A DNA stretch of 64,000 nucleotides. Origin: Candidatus Eiseniibacteriota bacterium. GTDB taxonomy: Bacteria; Eisenbacteria; RBG-16-71-46; JABDJR01. Positions 41,101 through 50,287 of this stretch are shown piece by piece. Location: positions 544,001 through 608,000 of the forward strand of contig CAWANH010000028.1 in assembly GCA_963783375.1 (NCBI GenBank), written 5' to 3'. A program made the position numbers and the translations under genes. The notes under the pieces were generated by a model. The model saw nothing but the letters and a program-made list of their open reading frames with translations, made no database searches and was not told the origin of the DNA. Positions within the stretch are counted from its first letter, which is position 1, and each line of letters opens with the position of its first letter.

Positions 41101-44100
41101 CTACATGGCGAAGCGCAGGTAGGTGCGAACCTCCCACTCGTTTCCGTTCGGTCCCGGGGCGTTCGGCTCGCAGACCGAGGCCCCGGTGGCGTCGGGCACC
41201 ATGGCCGGGCAATAGCGGGGGGAATACCGATCGAGCGACCGCCAGGTGCCGCGCACCCCCAGGCTGGTCTGGGGAAAGCCGAACCAGCGCGCGGGGCCCA
41301 GGGTTCGGGACACGTCCCCCATCAACTGCACGGGATAGGTGAGGTTGAAATCGCGATGGTAGTCGTAGGGACCCCAGTCGTTGATCTTGAGCGCGGAGGC
41401 GAAGACCATGGACCCCAGGGCCAGGCGGGCGTCGCCGCCCCACCGGTGGATGAGCCGGGGGGAGTCGCCGTTCGGCTCGCCGGTGCCCCCGTAGACATGG
41501 GCCACCAGGCGCCGGTCGGCCGAAAGCCGGGACACCACGCGGAGGTGCGCTTCCCACATCTTCCGGAGCGGGGTGCCCGCGGGGAAGGCGAAGGTCGTGC
41601 GCCCGTCCTCGAAGATTCCGATGGCCGCGTCCTGGGTGGTCTTGAAGTCCCGGTAGACGAGATCCAGGCTGGCGGCCATGGGCGCATCCTCTCGGACGTC
41701 GTTGTCCCACTGCCACATCCAGGTGGCGGGGGTGGGATCGTAGGAGAGCATCAGCTCCGCCCCCACCATCTCCCGGTTGGCGCGAACCGCGAAGGGATCC
41801 TGGAGAATGTTCCGGGGCCGGCCCGGGGAAGGGACGCCGGCCGGGACCGGGCCCACCAGGGGCTTCTGCCAGAGGAAATTCGGGCCGATCTGGAAGTTCC
41901 CCTGGTTGACCGCCAGGCCGGTGATGAGGTTCGTCTGGTTCCCGGAGCCGGTGTCGGTGAGCATCCAGCCGGTGTAGTTCTGGACCGCGGTGGGCCCGCC
42001 GTCGGCCACCAGCCCCATGTAGGCGGCCTGCCCGTACCAGTGCCAGCGACCGCTCTCGTAGGTCAGCTTGCCCTTGGCCCCGAAGGTGTCGGAGTCGCGG
42101 ACGTGGTCCTGGAGCAGCCGGTACCCGTTCCCGGACCGCTCGGCGATCTGGAAACCCTGGCCAACCTTGGTGGCGCCGCCCCGGATACCGCCGACCTGGA
42201 GCCCCCACGGCCCGTGTCCGGCGGCCAGCGCCAGGGTGGTGCGCCGGGTCCGCGGGGTGGGAACGGCGAAGGAGCTGGTCACCGCGGACTGGCTGGCGAA
42301 CTCGTCCTCGAAGAGCCCGGTGGCGGTCACCGGCCCGAAGGCCCGGGTGTACTTCACGATCGCCGCCGGGTTCGCGCCCCACCAGAGCTGCGGTCCGTAG
42401 GCGAACTTCGCTCCGCTGAAGGTCTTCTTCCCGGTCAACTCGAAGCCCACCGGCGCCACGCCGTTGTAGATGTCGAGGTTGTCCCCGTAGAAGGCGTCCC
42501 GGTAGATACCGAAGAAATCCCCTTCGTACCCCCAGTGGGTGTGTCCGGTGCGATAGAAGCCGTCCAGGACGAACCAGCGGTCGTCCCAGCTCACCGAGGA
42601 ACGGTACACCTTCACCCGCTCGATCCCCTGGAGGTCGAAGCTCCCGTCGGGACCGTCCACCGTCCGGATCCGACCCCGGTTCTCGTAGAAGATCTCGTCG
42701 ATGGGGTTGGTGGGGACGTTTCCCAGAACGTTGAGAGACAGGTTCCCGGTCACCGTGGGCGCCGGGTGCGCCTCGAAGTCGGCGAAGAAGGACTCCTTGT
42801 GGTCGAAGCCCCGGAACGCCGGATAGCCGCCTCCGGGAACCGCGGTCTTGGGGGTGCTCACGTGGCTCCCCCCGGTGCTGTAGGTCTCGAACTCGAGGCG
42901 GAGTCCGCTCAGGCGGACCCGATCGGTGGCCTGGGCCAGGAGAGCGGCGCGGTCGCCGCGGGCCTCGAGCACCGCCGCCTCGGGTTGGATGGCCGCGAAG
43001 TGGCTGCGGATAGCCTGGAGGTCCGTCCCCGCCCCGTAGGGGGCCAGCCGGAAAGCGTCGCGGAGGGCATAGTAGGCGGCCCGGGGATAGAGCTCGAACA
43101 GCCCGCGGCTGTCCGGCGGCCCCTTGGCGCAGATCCCCCACCACTCCTCGTTCATGTTGTTGTCGCCGGGGACGAAGTCCTCGACGTATCCCCCGTTCGG
43201 CCACGAGGCGTTGGTGTCGTGGATGTCGAGCCGGCTGTCCTGGCCGAACTTCCACCACCCGTCGCTCCACTGGAAGATGAACCCGCCGATGGCGTTTCCC
43301 ACCCGGCCCTTGCCGTCGGACTGCTCGTAGATCTCCTCCCACTGGCCGAGGAGGTAGCGCGCCTGCATCCGCTGGTCCTCGCGCATCTCCTTCTGGTTGA
43401 AGGCGTCCGACCCGAACTCGGTGAACATGACCGGGATCCCCAGCTTGTCCTTGACCACCTGGAAGAGATCGCGGGCGGAGATCCCCCGGTAGACGTTGGT
43501 GCCCAGGACGTCGAGGTGCGGGCACTCCTGGGCGATGACGTCGATGTACTGGACGTCGCCGTTGGCGATGGCCACCGGGCGGTCCGGGTCCTCCGCCTTC
43601 ACCACGTCGATGATGTCGCCGAAGAGGGAGTAGAGCGCGTGGGCGCGGCCCAGGTTCGCCTCGCCCTCGGGGAAGGCCTCCGGTTCGAAGCTGGTCCAGG
43701 TGAGGCCGTAGTTGTTCTCATTCCCCAGGAGCCACATCAATACCCCGGGAACCCCGCGGAACTGCTCGACCAGGTTCGCCACGTCGGCGGTGATCGCGGT
43801 CCGGATCGCCGGATCGGCGTAGTTGACGTTCGGGATCCACACCCCGTTCAGGGTGTACCCGTAGCGGCCGCAGGGGTGGTTGATGACGGTGTAGATGCCG
43901 TAGCGCTCGTAGATGTAGCGGACCCAGCGGGGGGGAATCCCCACGTACTGCCGGATGGCGTTCACCCCCATGTTCTGGAGCAGCGGCATCTCCCGGGCCA
44001 GCGCCTCCTCGATCACGTCGTCGGGCTGCTGCCAGAGGCTGTAGAGATAGTTCTCGCCGATGGGGACGTAGTCCCAGTTCATCCCGTAGACCATGAAATC

Positions 44101-44274
44101 CCGCCCGCCCACCTGGAGCCGGGTACCCGCGTCGTCGGAGACCACGCGCACGGCGGACGGGGCGGCCGCGGCGGCCTCCTGCCCCCGGGCCGCCGGGGCG
44201 CCGAGAGCCAGGGCGGCGAGCACCGCCGCGAAGGCGAGGACGGGATGGAGGGGGACGGGGCGAATCGATCTCAC
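41101..44274 (-). CDS. clan GH-A (GH2-TIM/GH158-like) glycoside hydrolase fused to a predicted outer-membrane beta-barrel
   Basis: AAGGAGG RBS plus GTG overlapping the GH1 stop, signal peptide, MGVNAIR, LGNENNY (acid/base), MFTEFG (nucleophile). The last ~600 aa are amphipathic beta-strands ending WEVRTYLRFAM. Confidence 0.8.
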   Translation of the reverse strand: MRSIRPVPLHPVLAFAAVLAALALGAPAARGQEAAAAAPSAVRVVSDDAGTRLQVGGRDFMVYGMNWDYVPIGENYLYSLWQQPDDVIEEALAREMPLLQNMGVNAIRQYVGIPPRWVRYIYERYGIYTVINHPCGRYGYTLNGVWIPNVNYADPAIRTAITADVANLVEQFRGVPGVLMWLLGNENNYGLTWTSFEPEAFPEGEANLGRAHALYSLFGDIIDVVKAEDPDRPVAIANGDVQYIDVIAQECPHLDVLGTNVYRGISARDLFQVVKDKLGIPVMFTEFGSDAFNQKEMREDQRMQARYLLGQWEEIYEQSDGKGRVGNAIGGFIFQWSDGWWKFGQDSRLDIHDTNASWPNGGYVEDFVPGDNNMNEEWWGICAKGPPDSRGLFELYPRAAYYALRDAFRLAPYGAGTDLQAIRSHFAAIQPEAAVLEARGDRAALLAQATDRVRLSGLRLEFETYSTGGSHVSTPKTAVPGGGYPAFRGFDHKESFFADFEAHPAPTVTGNLSLNVLGNVPTNPIDEIFYENRGRIRTVDGPDGSFDLQGIERVKVYRSSVSWDDRWFVLDGFYRTGHTHWGYEGDFFGIYRDAFYGDNLDIYNGVAPVGFELTGKKTFSGAKFAYGPQLWWGANPAAIVKYTRAFGPVTATGLFEDEFASQSAVTSSFAVPTPRTRRTTLALAAGHGPWGLQVGGIRGGATKVGQGFQIAERSGNGYRLLQDHVRDSDTFGAKGKLTYESGRWHWYGQAAYMGLVADGGPTAVQNYTGWMLTDTGSGNQTNLITGLAVNQGNFQIGPNFLWQKPLVGPVPAGVPSPGRPRNILQDPFAVRANREMVGAELMLSYDPTPATWMWQWDNDVREDAPMAASLDLVYRDFKTTQDAAIGIFEDGRTTFAFPAGTPLRKMWEAHLRVVSRLSADRRLVAHVYGGTGEPNGDSPRLIHRWGGDARLALGSMVFASALKINDWGPYDYHRDFNLTYPVQLMGDVSRTLGPARWFGFPQTSLGVRGTWRSLDRYSPRYCPAMVPDATGASVCEPNAPGPNGNEWEVRTYLRFAM

Positions 44275-45662
44275 GTGTGCCTCCTTGCCGCAAGCCGCGG
44301 CGCTTCGTCGTCGACCCCGTTCGCGGCCACGACGTCGCGATACCAGAATGCGCTGTCCTTGGGAATGCGTTGCCGGGTGGCGAAATCGACCCGGTACAGG
44401 CCGAACCTCTTGGTGTACCCGTGGGCCCACTCGAAGTTGTCGAGGAGGGACCAGACGAAATACCCGCGTAACGGAACCCCGTCGGCGAGGGCGCGGTGGG
44501 CCGCGTCGAGATGGCCGCGGAGATAGGCCACCCGGCGCGCGTCGGCCACCCGCCCTCCGACCGGGGGGGGGTCGGGAAGGGCCGCGCCGTTCTCGGTGAT
44601 GTAGATCGCGGGAGGGGCGTAGTCGCGCTGAATCCGGAGCAGGAGGTCGTGGAGCCCCTGGGGATGCACCTCCCATCCCATTTCCGTGAGGTCCCCCTCC
44701 GGAGCCACCGGCACCGCCACCGGCTCCCCGCCCTCGCCCGCTCTCACCACGATGCGGGTGTAGTAGTTGAGCCCCAGGAAGTCGAGGGGAACGGACACGG
44801 CGCGGAGGTCTCCCGAGTGGACGAAGGGCAGGTCGGCGCTTTCGAGGTGACCTCGGCGGATCCGGTCCCCGATCGCGTCCTCGGGGTAGCTCCCCAGAAA
44901 GAGAGGGTCCAGGTACCAGCGATTGAAGGAGCCGTCCAGCCGGCGGGCGGCCTCGATGTCGGCCGGGTTCGGGGACGCGGGCTGGACCGGGACGAGGTTC
45001 AGCACGATCCCCACCTCGGCCCCGGGCGCGCTCGTTCGCACCGCCTCCGCCGCCCAGCCGTGGGAAAGCAGGAGATGATGGGCGACCCGAAGCGCCTCGG
45101 CGGGATCGCGGTGACCGGGAGCGTGCTCGCCCTGTTCGTGACCCAGGGTCGCGATGCACCAGGGCTCGTTGTGGGTGCCCCACCGGGTGACCCGGTCGCC
45201 CAGCCGCGACGCGACCACCGCCGCGTACTCCGCGAAGGCCTCGGCGGTGTCCCGGGAGCCCCACCCTCCGCGAGCCTGGAGGGAGAGGGGAAGGTCCCAG
45301 TGGTACAGGGTGGCGAAGGGTTGAATGCCCGCCTCGAGCAGGCCGTCGACCAGGGCGTCGTAGAAGTCGAGCCCGGCCGGATTGACCGTGCCCCGCCCGT
45401 GGGGGAGGACCCGAGGCCAGGCGATGGAGAAGCGATAAGCCCCCAGACCGAGCCCTCTCATGAGCGCGATGTCGTCCCGCCAGAGGTGGTAGTGGTCGCA
45501 GGCGACGGCGGGGTTCGAACCGTCGGCGATCCGCCCGGGGATCGAAGCGAACCGGTCCCATATCGATTCGCCGCGTCCGTCTTCCCGGGCGCCGCCCTCG
45601 ATCTGCAACGCGGAGGTGGCGACGCCCCAGGTGAATCCGTCGGGGAAGGCGAGAGAGGTCAT
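44271..45662 (-). CDS. GH1 beta-glucosidase (cytoplasmic)
   Basis: F.WGVATSA.QIEG, YRFSIAWPR, LYHWDLP, NEP, ITENG, WSLLDNFEW. Confidence 0.96.
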   Translation of the reverse strand: MTSLAFPDGFTWGVATSALQIEGGAREDGRGESIWDRFASIPGRIADGSNPAVACDHYHLWRDDIALMRGLGLGAYRFSIAWPRVLPHGRGTVNPAGLDFYDALVDGLLEAGIQPFATLYHWDLPLSLQARGGWGSRDTAEAFAEYAAVVASRLGDRVTRWGTHNEPWCIATLGHEQGEHAPGHRDPAEALRVAHHLLLSHGWAAEAVRTSAPGAEVGIVLNLVPVQPASPNPADIEAARRLDGSFNRWYLDPLFLGSYPEDAIGDRIRRGHLESADLPFVHSGDLRAVSVPLDFLGLNYYTRIVVRAGEGGEPVAVPVAPEGDLTEMGWEVHPQGLHDLLLRIQRDYAPPAIYITENGAALPDPPPVGGRVADARRVAYLRGHLDAAHRALADGVPLRGYFVWSLLDNFEWAHGYTKRFGLYRVDFATRQRIPKDSAFWYRDVVAANGVDDEAPRLAARRHT

Positions 45663-45668
45663 GGCGAA

Positions 45669-46694
45669 TCAGCTCCCCGGGGCGCGGACGCCCGGTGGGT
45701 ACAGATGGCAACGGACGAGTCGGCCGTCGAAGGGGCGCGGCCCGGGCTCTTCAGCGCGACAGAGGTCGTGAACTTCGGGACAACGGTGGGCGAAGGGACA
45801 GCCCCCGGAGCCGGCCGGCGCCTCGGGCCGCCGGGACGGATCCCGGGAGGGTACGGGGGCCACATCGTCCCGGCCCGCTCCGCTCACGTCGGCGATCGAG
45901 GCCAACAGGGCCCGGGTGTAGGGATGGGCGGGCGCGCTCACCACGGCCTCCCCCGGCCCATCCTCCACCACGCGGCCGCGGAAGAGAACCAGGATCCGGT
46001 CCGCCAGGTAGCGCGCGGAGGCGAGATCATGGGTGATCAGGAGGATGGCCAGACCGCGCTCGCGTTTCAGCTCGGCGAGGAGGTTCAGCACTCCCATCCG
46101 GATGGAGACGTCCAGCATCGAGGTCGGCTCGTCGGCCACCAGGAGGTCCGGTTCGACGGCCAGGGCGCGGGCGATGGCCACCCGCTGGCGCTGGCCCCCG
46201 GAAAGCTCGTAGGGGTGGCGGTCGATGAACTCCTCCGCCGGCCGGAGGCCGACGGTGTGCAGCAGTTCCATGGCCCGGGACCTGGCGTCGGCGCGGGTAG
46301 CCCGCCGGTGGCGAAGGAGCGGGCGCACCAGATGATGGGCGACGTCGTGAACCGAGTTCAGGGAGCCGAAGGGGTCCTGGAAGACCATCTGAACCCGGCC
46401 GCGATAGGCGAGGGAGGCGTGCCGGCGTTCGCGGGCCAGCACGTTGTCACCGTCCAGGAGGATCTCGCCGCCGTCCGGCGTCTCCAGACGCAACACGAGA
46501 CGGGCCACCGTGCTCTTCCCGCTCCCGGACTCCCCCACCAGGGCCACCGCCTCGCCCCGGCTGATCTGGAAGGCCACGTCCTCGGCCGCTACCACCCGGC
46601 GTTTCTTCCCAAATAGTCCACTGGAATCAAAGGACTTACAAAGGCCTCGGATCTCGAGAAGCGGTGCTTTGGGAACTCCCGTATGAGCGTCCAC
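45669..46694 (-). CDS. ABC ATP-binding subunit (OppF type)
   Basis: GESGSGKS, FQDP, LSGGQRQR, DEPTSMLD, HPYT. Confidence 0.95.
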   Translation of the reverse strand: MDAHTGVPKAPLLEIRGLCKSFDSSGLFGKKRRVVAAEDVAFQISRGEAVALVGESGSGKSTVARLVLRLETPDGGEILLDGDNVLARERRHASLAYRGRVQMVFQDPFGSLNSVHDVAHHLVRPLLRHRRATRADARSRAMELLHTVGLRPAEEFIDRHPYELSGGQRQRVAIARALAVEPDLLVADEPTSMLDVSIRMGVLNLLAELKRERGLAILLITHDLASARYLADRILVLFRGRVVEDGPGEAVVSAPAHPYTRALLASIADVSGAGRDDVAPVPSRDPSRRPEAPAGSGGCPFAHRCPEVHDLCRAEEPGPRPFDGRLVRCHLYPPGVRAPGS

Positions 46695-46721
46695 CGGGTC
46701 TCCTAGGAAGTGAAGAAATAC

Positions 46722-46768
46722 TTTGTTTGTCTACCGAACATAGTGTATCCTGATGGTGTGCTTGTCAA
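46722..46768 (-). promoter_or_regulatory. sigma70-type promoter with putative ROK operator (site 2) in a divergent intergenic region
   Basis: Minus-strand TTGACA at 46768-46763, with TACACT or CACTAT as -10 candidates. TTTGTTTGT-CTA-CCGAACATA at 46722-46742. Confidence 0.75.
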
Positions 46769-46965
46769 GGATCCGCCGTGTCCGGGGGACGATTTTCGAG
46801 ACTGGATGACCGGCCGAAACCGCCGCCCTACCGGCCCGAGGAATCGGACCCAGCTCCCGGCGGCGCTCCGGACTCCCGGCGTTCGACCGCAAGCACGATG
46901 AGCAGCGACGATTTCCGATCCTGCTACCCGCGACTGGCTCGTGCCCACATCAAGGGAGGCTCGTG

Positions 46966-47613
46966 ATGCTGATGAAGAGTTGGCTACCCCGTGTTGCATG
47001 CTCCGCCGTTCTCCTGCTCCTTCTCGCCGCGCCCGCGACGAACGCCTCGGCACAGAACGTTCTCGCGAACCCCGGGTTCGAGAGCGGACTCACCGGCTGG
47101 ACCCCGTTCGGCAACGCCTATGCCGAAGCCTCGAACCCTCCGCAGTTCGTGCCGCTCAGCGGCACCGGACTCGCTTCCATGTTCGGAAATTTCTCCGGCG
47201 GCTTCAACGTGACCGGAATCTTCCAGGAGTTCGCCTGCTCGCCGGGCGACCAGTGGCAGATCTCCTCGAACGCCCGCTTCTGGAGCGGTGACCCGATGAT
47301 CGGGAGCCAGGCCGCCGGCGGGAACTGGGTCGTCCAGAAGATGGCCTTCTTCGACGCCAGCAACGCCGAAATCGGCGGGGCCGAGTCGATCATTCTCGAC
47401 GGCAGCTACACGGCCGACGTCTGGCATCCGGCCGCTCCGGTGGTCGGCGTCGCCCCCGCGGGAACCGTCAAGGTACAGGCTCTGATCCTCTACCTCCAGC
47501 CGGCCTTCGACGGCGGCGCCGCTCATGTCGACGACGTGGAGTTCGTCAACGTGACCAGCGTTCCCGTCGAGGAGACCACCTGGGGACACGTCAAGTCGCT
47601 CTACGCCCAGTAG
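46966..47613 (+). CDS. secreted single CBM-like (galactose-binding fold) protein with C-terminal TWG motif
   Basis: Signal peptide, NVLANPGFESGLTGW...APAGT...VDDVEF, tail VPVEETTWGHVKSLYAQ. Confidence 0.8.
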   Translation: MLMKSWLPRVACSAVLLLLLAAPATNASAQNVLANPGFESGLTGWTPFGNAYAEASNPPQFVPLSGTGLASMFGNFSGGFNVTGIFQEFACSPGDQWQISSNARFWSGDPMIGSQAAGGNWVVQKMAFFDASNAEIGGAESIILDGSYTADVWHPAAPVVGVAPAGTVKVQALILYLQPAFDGGAAHVDDVEFVNVTSVPVEETTWGHVKSLYAQ

Positions 47614-47629
47614 AAGCTTCAACTAACGG

Positions 47630-47671
47630 CGGGCAGGGATGAGGCGCAAAGCGGGATCTCATCCCTGCCCG
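47630..47671 (+). other. intergenic 14-bp perfect stem-loop (mRNA stability or attenuation element)
   Basis: CGGGCAGGGATGAG...CTCATCCCTGCCCG with no U-tract immediately after. Confidence 0.65.
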
Positions 47672-47727
47672 GTCCTTTCGCAGCCGGGCGGCCGGTCGGC
47701 GGCCCGCCGCCCAAAAGGAGGGTCACC

Positions 47728-49146
47728 ATGAAACGCCCTCTCGCCGGAATCCTCTTCGTCCTGACTCTCTTCGCGGTATCGATCTTCCCCTCGACTTCGT
47801 CCGCGGCGACCAATCTCCTGGCCAACCCCGGCTTCGAGGACGGGGGCGGCTCCTACAACGGCTGGTTCACCTTCGGGGCCGGCGTGCAGCTCTCGCTCCC
47901 GGCCGGAGACAATATCATCCATACCGGAGCCGCCGCCTCGAAGGTCTACGGGGAGTTCACCGGGTGCCCCGGTTCGCCCCAGTTCGACGTCGGGGGGTTC
48001 GGGCAGGCCTTCACCCCCACCGCGGGACAGATTTACGAACTCAGCGGATACTCCTTCGTCTCCAGCGGCGATCCCATCCCCGGCACCGATACCTGCGTCC
48101 GGAACCGCATGATCGCCAAGATCGTCTTCTTCGATGCCGCGGTCGGCGGGGCCGAGCTGTCCTCGAACGAGATCATCATCGGCGACGGCAACACCGTGAC
48201 CGATCAGTGGCACGCCTTCTCGGTTTCGGCCCCGGCTCCGGCAGGAGCGCTCCGGGTGGAGGCTCTCTTCCTCTATCTCCAGCCCGCCTGCGACGGCGGG
48301 TCTGTCTTCGTGGACGACGCCTCGTTCACCGAGAGCGCGCCGGCCTCCGTGTCCAACCTCCTGGCCAACCCGAGCTTCACCTCCGGCCTCACCGGATGGT
48401 CCATCTTCGGCAACGTCTATCCCGACAGCCGCTCCTTCGCCGTACGGACCCCCACCGGCAGCGCCAAGATGTACTCGACCTTCACCCCCGACTCCCCCTC
48501 CGGCATGTTCCAGTCCTTCGCGGCGACTCCGGGATCGGCCTGGCAGCTGTCCGCCTACGCCCTGACCACGTGCGTGGAGGACGCGATCACCGGGAGCAAC
48601 GACAACTACGTGCTGGCGAGGATCGTCTTCCGCGACTCGGGCGGGATCGAGGTCGGCTCCACCGACACGGTGGTCCTGGACAACACCGCGCCCCTCGGCA
48701 CCTGGACGAAACACACGGTCATCGCGGTCAACGCCCCGGCGGGCACCGCCACGGTGGAGCCCTATCTCCTCTTCATCTCGCCGACGCTCATGGACAAGGC
48801 GGCCTGGGTGGACGACGTCTCCTTCCAGGAGCTGGATCCCACCGGCGTCGGAGACGACCCGCGGCCGCTCGCCTTCGAGCTGCACCAGAACGCGCCGAAC
48901 CCCTTCAGCCGGTCGACCCGGGTCGCGTTCGACCTCGAGGCGGCCGACGCGGTGAATCTGGAGGTCTACGACATCGCCGGCCGCCTGGTGACCACCCTGT
49001 TCGAAGGCCGACTCTCCGCCGGACCGCATGCGGTGGCGTGGGATGGGATGACCGCGAGCGGCGCCCGGGCCGCCGCCGGCATCTATCGGTACCGGCTCCG
49101 GACCTCGGCGGGCGAGGTTTCCCGGAACATGATCCTGATCCGGTGA
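47728..49146 (+). CDS. secreted tandem CBM-like protein with FlgD-Ig domain
   Basis: Two NLLANP(G/S)F...APAG...VDD domains, then QNAPNPF...YDIAGR...WDG. Confidence 0.82.
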   Translation: MKRPLAGILFVLTLFAVSIFPSTSSAATNLLANPGFEDGGGSYNGWFTFGAGVQLSLPAGDNIIHTGAAASKVYGEFTGCPGSPQFDVGGFGQAFTPTAGQIYELSGYSFVSSGDPIPGTDTCVRNRMIAKIVFFDAAVGGAELSSNEIIIGDGNTVTDQWHAFSVSAPAPAGALRVEALFLYLQPACDGGSVFVDDASFTESAPASVSNLLANPSFTSGLTGWSIFGNVYPDSRSFAVRTPTGSAKMYSTFTPDSPSGMFQSFAATPGSAWQLSAYALTTCVEDAITGSNDNYVLARIVFRDSGGIEVGSTDTVVLDNTAPLGTWTKHTVIAVNAPAGTATVEPYLLFISPTLMDKAAWVDDVSFQELDPTGVGDDPRPLAFELHQNAPNPFSRSTRVAFDLEAADAVNLEVYDIAGRLVTTLFEGRLSAGPHAVAWDGMTASGARAAAGIYRYRLRTSAGEVSRNMILIR

Positions 49147-49159
49147 GGCAGGCGATCCC

Positions 49160-50224
49160 GTGAACCGTCTTGCCCTGGTGCTTCTCGCCGCCGTCGGCCT
49201 GAGCTTGGCCGGACCGGCCGGCGGTCGGGAGCCCCTCGACGCCGCGGTTTCGAACCCGGACCCGACCTTCGACCGGGAAGCGCCGTTCACCAAACGGCCC
49301 TTCCCGGTCCAGTCCGACGCCGGCTGGATCGGAACCGGCATCGCCTACGGTCCGCACCGGGACGGCGAGTCGCCCGGAGGGGCGCAGCCCACGCGGGAAG
49401 AGCTGCGTGAGGACCTGCACCTTCTCGCCGCGCACTGGAAGCTAGTTCGCCTCTACGGCTCCACCGGCCCGGCCCGGACCATCCTCGAGGTGATCCGCGC
49501 GGACCGGCTCGACATGAAGGTGATGCTGGGGGTCTGGATCGATCCCGAGGCGCGCCGGGACACCACGGGCGCGGTGATCGAGGAGCTCCCCGAGGGCCCG
49601 GCGGCGAACCGCCGGGAGATCGAGTCGGGGGTGGCCCTGGCCTCGGAGTACCCGGACATCGTGATTGCCCTCTGCGTGGGAAACGAAACCCAGGTCTTCT
49701 GGTCGTCCCACCGGGTGGCCGCGGACCGCCTGATCGATGCCTTGCGCGAGGTACGGGCCCGGACCACGGTTCCGGTCACCACCTCCGACGACTACAACTT
49801 CTGGAACAAGCCGGAGAGCGGAGCGGTGGCCGGGGAGATCGACTTCATCACCGTGAACGGCCATCCGCTGTGGAACGGCGCCCAGATCGAGAACGCCCTG
49901 GGATGGACCCGGACGATCCTCGCCGGACTCCGGGCCGACCATCCCGGTGACGCCGTCATCCTGGGCGAGACGGGGTGGGCCACCGAACGGGACACGGTGG
50001 GAGAGCAGGCGACGCTCATGAAGGGCGAGGTCGGTGAGGACCAGCAGGCGATCTACTACCGGGCGGTGACCGCCTGGTCGGATTCGGCGCGGGTCCCGAC
50101 CTTCTTTTTCGAGGCCTTCGACGAGAACTGGAAGGGCGGCGATCGTCCGGCCGACGTCGAGAAGCACTGGGGGCTCTATCGGGCGGACCGGACCCCCAAG
50201 AAGGCGCTCGCCGCCGGGCGGTGA
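49160..50224 (+). CDS. GH17 beta-1,3-glucanase/glucosidase, secreted
   Basis: VRLYG, VGNE, GETGWA, FEAFDENWK, EKHWGLY. Confidence 0.88.
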   Translation: MNRLALVLLAAVGLSLAGPAGGREPLDAAVSNPDPTFDREAPFTKRPFPVQSDAGWIGTGIAYGPHRDGESPGGAQPTREELREDLHLLAAHWKLVRLYGSTGPARTILEVIRADRLDMKVMLGVWIDPEARRDTTGAVIEELPEGPAANRREIESGVALASEYPDIVIALCVGNETQVFWSSHRVAADRLIDALREVRARTTVPVTTSDDYNFWNKPESGAVAGEIDFITVNGHPLWNGAQIENALGWTRTILAGLRADHPGDAVILGETGWATERDTVGEQATLMKGEVGEDQQAIYYRAVTAWSDSARVPTFFFEAFDENWKGGDRPADVEKHWGLYRADRTPKKALAAGR

Positions 50225-50287
50225 CCGCGGGGTTCGGGACGGGTTCGGTCGATCGGGGTCCTGGGGGAAACGGGGAGTCTACCGGGC

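Noticed and set aside
44275-45711. N-terminal part of the 1536-aa ORF
   Set aside because: It is an alternate frame of the GH1 gene. The RBS and signal peptide place the start at 44274.
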